A stretch of 24,000 nt of DNA from positions 1-24,000 of the forward strand of contig CASEEV010000015.1 of the NCBI GenBank assembly GCA_949287065.1. Reading direction: 5' to 3'. The DNA comes from an uncultured Collinsella sp. (lineage in GTDB: Bacteria > Actinomycetota > Coriobacteriia > Coriobacteriales > Coriobacteriaceae). Both the position numbers and the translations under genes were made by a program. Each line of letters opens with the position of its first letter. Position 1 is the stretch's first letter. Positions 18,802-24,000 of this stretch are shown here, one piece after another. The notes beneath the pieces were generated by a model. The model worked only from the letters and a program-made list of their open reading frames with translations. It did not search any database and was not told where the DNA came from.

Positions 18802-19782
18802 ATGGAGGCAACGAAGGTAAGCCTGACCGTCCCGGACGGTTTGGACATTACGCGTCTGACCGGCCCCGGCGACGTTCTGCTGCGCCGCATCGCGCGCGAA
18901 ACCGACGCGCGCATCACGGTGCGCGGCGACCGCATTTCCATTCAGGGAGATTCGGGCGAGGTGGAGCAGGTCACGCGACTCTTCTCGCACCTCATCCAGG
19001 TTGTTCTCGAGGGAGATGCGCCGAACGAGGACGACGTGCTCCGCGCGCTTGAGATCATTCGCCGTGACGGGTACCAGATGAGCTCGCTGCGCGACGACAT
19101 CCTGCTCACGTACCGCGGGCGCGCGATACGTCCCAAGACGCCCGGTCAGAAGCGCTATATCGAGGCCATCCGCAAGCATACCGTCACCATATGCTCGGGT
19201 CCTGCCGGCACGGGAAAGACCTATCTGGCCATGGCGATGGCGGTTGCCGCGCTCAAGCGGCACGAGGTGAGCCGCATTGTGCTCACGAGGCCCGTGGTCG
19301 AGGCAGGGGAGAGCCTCGGCTTCTTGCCCGGGACGCTTCAGGAGAAGGTCGATCCCTACGTGCGTCCGCTGTACGACGCGCTGTTCGACATGACCGATAT
19401 GGAGCGGGGTGCCAAGCTCATCGAGCAGAACATCATCGAGATCGCGCCGCTCGCCTACATGCGCGGCCGCACCCTCAACGACGCGTTCGTGATTCTCGAC
19501 GAGGCGCAGAACACGACGCCCGAGCAGATGAAGATGTTCCTCACGCGCCTGGGTTTCAACTCCAAGTTCATCATCACCGGCGACGCCACCCAGCGCGATC
19601 TTGTGGGCAAGCGCAGCGCGCTGGTCACGCTGCGCGATATCCTGGGCGGCATTGACGATATTGCCTTTGTCGATCTGAACAGGAGGGACGTGGTGCGCCA
19701 CGCTCTCGTGGGCCGGATCGTAGACGCGTACGACGCATACGAGAAGCGCGAGGAGGCTGCTCATGAGCGTTCTCATCAGTAA
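18802..19782 (+). CDS. phoH: PhoH-like ATPase
   Basis: Walker [17 protein letters not shown], then LTRP.VEAGE.LGFLPG...KV.PY.RP.YDAL and DEAQN. ATG 18802 with GAGAGGGG upstream. The ORF-track start at 18718 lies inside mtaB. Confidence 0.9.
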   Translation: MEATKVSLTVPDGLDITRLTGPGDVLLRRIARETDARITVRGDRISIQGDSGEVEQVTRLFSHLIQVVLEGDAPNEDDVLRALEIIRRDGYQMSSLRDDILLTYRGRAIRPKTPGQKRYIEAIRKHTVTICSGPAGTGKTYLAMAMAVAALKRHEVSRIVLTRPVVEAGESLGFLPGTLQEKVDPYVRPLYDALFDMTDMERGAKLIEQNIIEIAPLAYMRGRTLNDAFVILDEAQNTTPEQMKMFLTRLGFNSKFIITGDATQRDLVGKRSALVTLRDILGGIDDIAFVDLNRRDVVRHALVGRIVDAYDAYEKREEAAHERSHQ

Positions 19783-20254
19783 CGACGCAGGAATCGACCA
19801 GATCCTGAGCGATGGCCAGATCGCCGACCTCATCGAGTCCGTGCTTGCTGCGGAGGGCGTTGCCCGTCCGTGCGAGGTGTCGGTTTCGGTTGTGGACAAA
19901 GACGAGATCCACGGCCTCAATCGCACGTGGCGCGGTATCGACAAGCCCACCGACGTGCTCTCGTTCGAATGCGACGCGCCGGACGACCCCGGCATTCCCG
20001 AAGGCGAGCTCGTGGAGCTCGGCGATATCATCGTCGCGCCCGAGGTCATTGCGGATCAGGCGCCCGGCTTTGGGAACACGCCGGCAGACGAGATGCGCCT
20101 CATGCTCGTTCACGGCACGCTCCATCTGCTCGGATACGACCATATCGAGGACGATGAAGCGGAGGTTATGGAGGCGCGTGAGGACGGGCTTCTCCGCGAG
20201 CTCTGCGGGCCGAGCGTGCAGGTCGGGCCAACCACCAACCACGCGCACGATTAA
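19763..20254 (+). CDS. ybeY: Endoribonuclease YbeY (rRNA maturation factor)
   Basis: TDVLSF and the zinc motif HGTLHLLGYDH. SD AGGAGG at 19751-19756. Overlaps the phoH end by 20 nt. Confidence 0.9.
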   Translation: MSVLISNDAGIDQILSDGQIADLIESVLAAEGVARPCEVSVSVVDKDEIHGLNRTWRGIDKPTDVLSFECDAPDDPGIPEGELVELGDIIVAPEVIADQAPGFGNTPADEMRLMLVHGTLHLLGYDHIEDDEAEVMEAREDGLLRELCGPSVQVGPTTNHAHD

Positions 20255-20298
20255 CGCGCCCATGAGCCCGCGTCATCTCAACGCATTCAGGAGCTGCC

Positions 20299-20676
20299 AT
20301 GATTCCCGGATCTAAAAAAGACCATCCCTCGTTTATCGAGAGCTTTCGCTATGCTGCCGAGGGCTTCGTCACGGCGGTCAAGACGGAGCGCAACATCAAA
20401 GTCATGCTTGCGGTCGGCCTGTTTGCCATCGGAAGCGGCGTGGTTCTCGGCCTTGACCTGCTCTCGTGGATCATCATCTTCATCTGCTGCGGACTGGTGA
20501 TCTTTGCCGAGCTCTGCAACACCGCGATGGAGGCCATCGTCGACCTCGCGAGCCCCGAGATCCACCCTCTTGCCAAGCGCGCCAAAGATATCGCTGCGGC
20601 AAGCGTCATCACGCTCTCGTTCACGGCGGCCGTTGTGGGCTGCTTGGTGTTTGGGCGCGTGCTCGGCATCATCTAG
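20299..20676 (+). CDS. dgkA: DgkA-family lipid kinase (diacylglycerol/undecaprenol kinase)
   Basis: 125 aa, 3 TM. SF.YA..G......ERN, E..NTA.E..VD, H.LAK.AKD..AA.V. AGGAG 5 nt before the ATG. Canonical ybeY-dgkA-era order. Confidence 0.85.
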   Translation: MIPGSKKDHPSFIESFRYAAEGFVTAVKTERNIKVMLAVGLFAIGSGVVLGLDLLSWIIIFICCGLVIFAELCNTAMEAIVDLASPEIHPLAKRAKDIAAASVITLSFTAAVVGCLVFGRVLGII

Positions 20677-20730
20677 TCCGAGCGCGCCCGTAGTATTCCT
20701 GCGCTCTCGTTGCAACCGAAAGGATCAGCT

Positions 20731-21648
20731 ATGACTGAGATCACCTCTGAAGCAAAGACGCCGTTTCACAGCGGCTTCGTGGCCCTCGTTGGCCGTCCCA
20801 ACGCCGGAAAGTCAACGCTGCTCAACGCCTGCGTTGGCGAGAAGGTCGCCATTACGAGCCCGGTCGCTCAGACCACTCGTCGCCGTTTGCGCGCCGTGGT
20901 CAACACCCCGACGAGCCAGCTTGTCATTGTCGACACCCCCGGCCTCCACAAGCCCAAGGACGCCCTGGGATCCGAGCTCAACCGCTCGGCGCTCAAAGAG
21001 CTCGAGGATGTTGACGTTGTTGCCATGCTCGTCGACGCCACCAAGCCGGTCGGCAGGGGAGACGAATGGGTCGCCAACCATGTGGCCGCCTCCGGGGCAA
21101 AGAAGATCCTGGTCATTACCAAGGCCGATATTGCCAAGCCCGAGCAGGTGACAGAGCAGCTCGAGGCAGCACGCGGACTCGCCGAGTTCGACGACTTCAT
21201 TGTGGTGAGCGCCCCCGAGGACTTCAACGTCGAGGCGTTCGAGCAGCTGGTCTCGCGTTACCTGCCTGAGGGCCCGCGCTGGTTCCCCGAGGACATGACG
21301 TCGGACGAGACGGACGAAATGCTCGTCTCCGAGTTCATTCGCGAGAAGGTTCTGCTGCATACGCGCGAAGAGGTGCCGCACGCGGTGGGCGTCATGGTCG
21401 ACGAGCTCGAGTTCGAGAAGAAGCTCGTGCGCATCCGTGCGACCATCTACGTTGAGCGCGAGAGCCAGAAGGGCATCATCGTCGGCAAGAAGGGCTCCAT
21501 GATCAAGCGCATCGGCACCGAGGCGCGCCGCGATCTTGAGCATCTCTTCATGGAGAAGATCTATCTGGAGCTCAACGTCCAGGTCAAACGTGATTGGCGG
21601 CGCGACCAGGAGGAGATCCGCCGCTTTGGGTACGACTCCGGCGAATAG
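20731..21648 (+). CDS. era: GTPase Era
   Basis: G1 GRPNAGKST, G3 DTPG, G4-like TKAD, and a C-terminal KH domain (VERESQKGIIVGKKGSMIKRIG). ATG 20731 with AAAGGA 6 nt upstream; TTG 20710 is rejected. Confidence 0.93.
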   Translation: MTEITSEAKTPFHSGFVALVGRPNAGKSTLLNACVGEKVAITSPVAQTTRRRLRAVVNTPTSQLVIVDTPGLHKPKDALGSELNRSALKELEDVDVVAMLVDATKPVGRGDEWVANHVAASGAKKILVITKADIAKPEQVTEQLEAARGLAEFDDFIVVSAPEDFNVEAFEQLVSRYLPEGPRWFPEDMTSDETDEMLVSEFIREKVLLHTREEVPHAVGVMVDELEFEKKLVRIRATIYVERESQKGIIVGKKGSMIKRIGTEARRDLEHLFMEKIYLELNVQVKRDWRRDQEEIRRFGYDSGE

Positions 21649-21731
21649 GTTCTCCAGCCGGCTGCTGATACCGTTCCTGATGCAATTCCGACCGTCTGCC
21701 CTTTGGGGTTTCCGGGGCATAGTGTCGGGCG

Positions 21732-21737
21732 TACAAT
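21732..21737 (+). promoter_or_regulatory. Candidate -10 element for pfk
   Basis: TACAAT at 21732-21737 in the 146-nt era-pfk spacer, about 57 nt upstream of the ATG. Weak -35. Sequence match only. Confidence 0.3.
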
Positions 21738-21794
21738 GATGCGGGCGCCTGCGGGATGGGCGCATGTACGGCTTGTCTGTGGAGGGAGAGCGCA

Positions 21795-22874
21795 ATGCTC
21801 AAAGTTGGTCTGCTTACCAGCGGCGGTGACTGCCAGTCGCTCAACGCTACGATGCGCGGCATCGTCAAGACGCTTGAGCGCAACTGCAAGGACGGCGTCG
21901 AGTTCTACGGCTTCAAAGACGGTTACCGCGGCCTCATGTACGGCAACTATCAGGTGATGGGTCCGCGCGACTTCCGCGGCCTTCTCACGCGCGGCGGCAC
22001 GATTCTGGGCACGAGCCGCACGCCGTTCAAGTACCTCGATCAGCCCGACGAGCACGGTCTCAACAAGGTCGAGGCCATGAAGTCGACGTACCGCAAGCTG
22101 AAGCTCGACTGCCTGTGCGTTCTCGGCGGCAACGGCTCGCTCAAGACGGCCAACCGCCTTTCGGAGGAAGGTCTCAACGTCGTGGGTCTTCCCAAGACCA
22201 TCGACAACGACACGTGGGGCACCGAGATGACGTTCGGCTTCCCCTCGGCTATCGACATCGCGACCAAGACCATCGATGACATTCATACCACGGCAAGCTC
22301 CCATGGGCGCGTCTTCGTCATCGAGATCATGGGGCACAAGGTCGGCTGGATTCCGCTGTACGCGGGCGTTGCCGGCGGCGCCGACATCATCCTCATTCCC
22401 GAGATCCCCTACGACATCGACAACGTCATGGACGCCATCGATAAGCGCGATTCGCATGGTTCGCGCTTCAGCATCGTGGTCGTTGCCGAGGGTGCCAAGA
22501 CCAAGGAAGAGGCGGCGCTCAGCAAGAAGGAGTACAAGAAGAAGCTCGCAGCCCGCACGGTTCCCTCCGTTGCGTACGAGCTCGCCGACGAGATCGCAAA
22601 GCGCGGCAACTACGAGGTTCGCGTCGCGATCCCCGGTCACACGCAGCGCGGCGGCGATCCAAGCGCCTACGACCGCATCTTCGCAACGCAGTGCGGCGTT
22701 GAGGCGGGCAAGTGCATTCTCGAGGGCAAGTTCGGCGATATGATCGCGCAGATCGACGGAAAGATGGGCCGCATCGCGCTTTCCAAGATCGCAGGCAAGC
22801 TCAAGACGGTCGACCCTGAGTGCGACCTTATCCACGAGGCTCGCATGATGGGCATCAGTTTCGGCGATAAGTAA
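21795..22874 (+). CDS. pfkA: 6-phosphofructokinase (PFK-A family; phosphoryl donor not determinable from sequence alone)
   Basis: VGLLTSGGDCQSLNA, GGNGS, GLPKTIDND, IEIMGH and GHTQRGG. ATG 21795 with GGAGGGAG 6 nt upstream. Confidence 0.88.
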   Translation: MLKVGLLTSGGDCQSLNATMRGIVKTLERNCKDGVEFYGFKDGYRGLMYGNYQVMGPRDFRGLLTRGGTILGTSRTPFKYLDQPDEHGLNKVEAMKSTYRKLKLDCLCVLGGNGSLKTANRLSEEGLNVVGLPKTIDNDTWGTEMTFGFPSAIDIATKTIDDIHTTASSHGRVFVIEIMGHKVGWIPLYAGVAGGADIILIPEIPYDIDNVMDAIDKRDSHGSRFSIVVVAEGAKTKEEAALSKKEYKKKLAARTVPSVAYELADEIAKRGNYEVRVAIPGHTQRGGDPSAYDRIFATQCGVEAGKCILEGKFGDMIAQIDGKMGRIALSKIAGKLKTVDPECDLIHEARMMGISFGDK

Positions 22875-22910
22875 CGGTTCGGTTGCTTGTTGCACCATAC
22901 GCACTGACAA

Positions 22911-22950
22911 GGGGAAGGCCCGCTGTCGCGGGCCTTCCCCTGTTTCATAT
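22911..22950 (+). terminator. Rho-independent terminator after pfk (could also stop the convergent usp transcript)
   Basis: GGGGAAGGCCCGC (22911-22923) pairs perfectly with GCGGGCCTTCCCC (22928-22940), 4-nt loop, followed by TGTTTCATATT. Confidence 0.75.
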
Positions 22951-23015
22951 TGGGCTGGGATTGCTCGTGGTTCAAACTCGTCGCACGGCGCCCTGCTCGT
23001 ATCCGAGAAGTTTTG

Positions 23016-23492
23016 TTAGCGCACGGTCATGACCGGGATGTCGACCGCGCGAAGCACGCCGAAGCTCACGCTTCCGAGCAGGCCGCGCACCTTGCCCAGG
23101 CCGCGCCTGCCCATGATGATCAGGTCGCAGTTGTGCTGCTTGACATAGGCGCTGATGCCGTCGACCGGCGATACGTCGGGCATCACGTCGATCTTGACCT
23201 GGCAGTCGAGATCCTCGAGCATGCCCGTGAGGTTGCTTTTGAGCTCGTCTTTGGTGTGCTCGAGGTTCTGGCGGAAGGTCTTCTCGAACGAATCGGGCTC
23301 GATCAGCATGAAGTCGGTCATTGCCGCGTAGCCCAACGGCGCTCCCTGGAACGGGTCGGAGGGTATCGTCATGACGCTGACCACGTTGAGCGTGGCATCG
23401 GGATCAGCGCCGATCATCCCCTTGGCGATCTCGAGCGCGCTGCGCGCATGGTCGGAGCCGTCGTACGGCACGAGGATGTTCTTGAAACTCAT
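23016..23492 (-). CDS. Universal stress protein (UspA family)
   Basis: MSFKNILVPYDGSDHARSALEIA...DLIIMGRRGLGKVRGLLGSVSFGVLRAVDIPV. Start at 23492, with AAGGAG 5 nt upstream on the - strand. The longer ORF-track start at 23549 lacks an SD. Confidence 0.85.
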   Translation of the reverse strand: MSFKNILVPYDGSDHARSALEIAKGMIGADPDATLNVVSVMTIPSDPFQGAPLGYAAMTDFMLIEPDSFEKTFRQNLEHTKDELKSNLTGMLEDLDCQVKIDVMPDVSPVDGISAYVKQHNCDLIIMGRRGLGKVRGLLGSVSFGVLRAVDIPVMTVR

Positions 23493-23682
23493 ACGTGCTC
23501 CTTTCTCCGTCATGACACATGCTGAGCGATGACGCTTCTTGGTCATCACTTGCTACATACCCTTGGCAACTGGTTTCATAGCAAGACAATTCGATAATTC
23601 TGACTTTCGCTGCGGTAAGCGGTTGCCCTCGCTGCTTGCTCCCGGGTAGGCGCGAAGAGAGTCCGAACTAGTTGGGACATCG

Positions 23683-23717
23683 AAAAAAAGCGGGAGCGGC
23701 GCCAGGGCCGCTCCCGC
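23683..23717 (-). terminator. Rho-independent terminator of pta
   Basis: GCGGGAGCGGC (23690-23700) pairs perfectly with GCCGCTCCCGC (23707-23717). On the - strand the stem is followed by TTTTTTT (complement of 23683-23689). It lies 33 nt after the pta stop. Confidence 0.75.
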
Positions 23718-23749
23718 TTTGCGAGGCGTATCGTATGTGCGCCGGGCGC

Positions 23750-24000
<251 letters not shown>

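Noticed and set aside
16959-18941. 660-aa ORF on the - strand. Similar long antisense ORFs: 761-1843, 4010-5362, 7223-8437, 10539-11702, 18724-20049, 20812-21795 and 21561-22910.
   Set aside because: Each lies exactly opposite a + strand gene with unmistakable conserved motifs (dnaJ/mtaB, pyrD, thiI, comEC, lepA, phoH/ybeY, era, pfk). Their translations are Arg/Ala/Gly/His-rich low-complexity strings with no recognisable domain. These are the stop-codon-poor shadow frames expected in high-GC DNA.
21655-21664. Perfect 10-bp palindrome CAGCCGGCTG right after the era stop. Considered as a terminator.
   Set aside because: There is no loop and no T-tract. It is too short to call as anything other than a chance palindrome or a possible restriction/methylation-type site.
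22950-23525. 191-aa + strand ORF overlapping the usp locus.
   Set aside because: The - strand frame encodes a clear UspA-family protein with an AAGGAG SD. The + frame has no recognisable motifs and no SD, and it starts inside the pfk terminator region.
23549-23585. Inverted repeat CTTGCTA-N23-TAGCAAG, plus attempts to define a usp promoter in the lower-GC 23550-23680 spacer.
   Set aside because: No -35/-10 pair with acceptable spacing could be found on the - strand. A 7-bp inverted repeat with a 23-nt spacer is not convincing without comparative data.

Overview
High-GC bacterial chromosomal segment, roughly 60-68% GC in hand-counted 60-nt lines. It is almost wall-to-wall housekeeping genes on the + strand; only rpsT, a USP-family gene and the 3' end of pta are on the - strand. 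Order: dihydroorotase-like 3' end, pyrK, pyrD, pyrF | mIHF, gmk, rpoZ, thiI | comEA, comEC | holA | rpsT(-) | lepA, dus, hemW | orphan membrane gene | membrane-anchored DnaJ paralog, dnaJ, mtaB-like, phoH, ybeY, dgkA, era | pfk | usp(-) | pta(-). The pyrF-mIHF-gmk-rpoZ block is an actinobacterial signature. The comE-holA-rpsT-lepA-hemW-dnaJ-mtaB-phoH-ybeY-dgkA-era order mirrors Bacillus-type synteny in condensed form. Together with the GC content this suggests a Coriobacteriia-like Actinomycetota genome, which is inference only. I found no tRNA/rRNA, CRISPR array, IS or phage gene, toxin-antitoxin pair or recognisable defence system, so this is an ordinary core region, not an accessory island. 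Four things deserve a second look. (1) A DnaJ paralog keeps the J domain, zinc finger and CTD I but replaces CTD II and the dimerisation domain with 2-3 TM helices, directly upstream of canonical dnaJ. (2) A lower-GC orphan 4-TM gene sits where hrcA usually lies. (3) A 14-bp terminator-like hairpin has the comEA Shine-Dalgarno as its 3' arm. (4) A phosphofructokinase has non-canonical residues at phosphoryl-donor positions. All functional calls come from reading the translations and motifs by eye; no database search was run.
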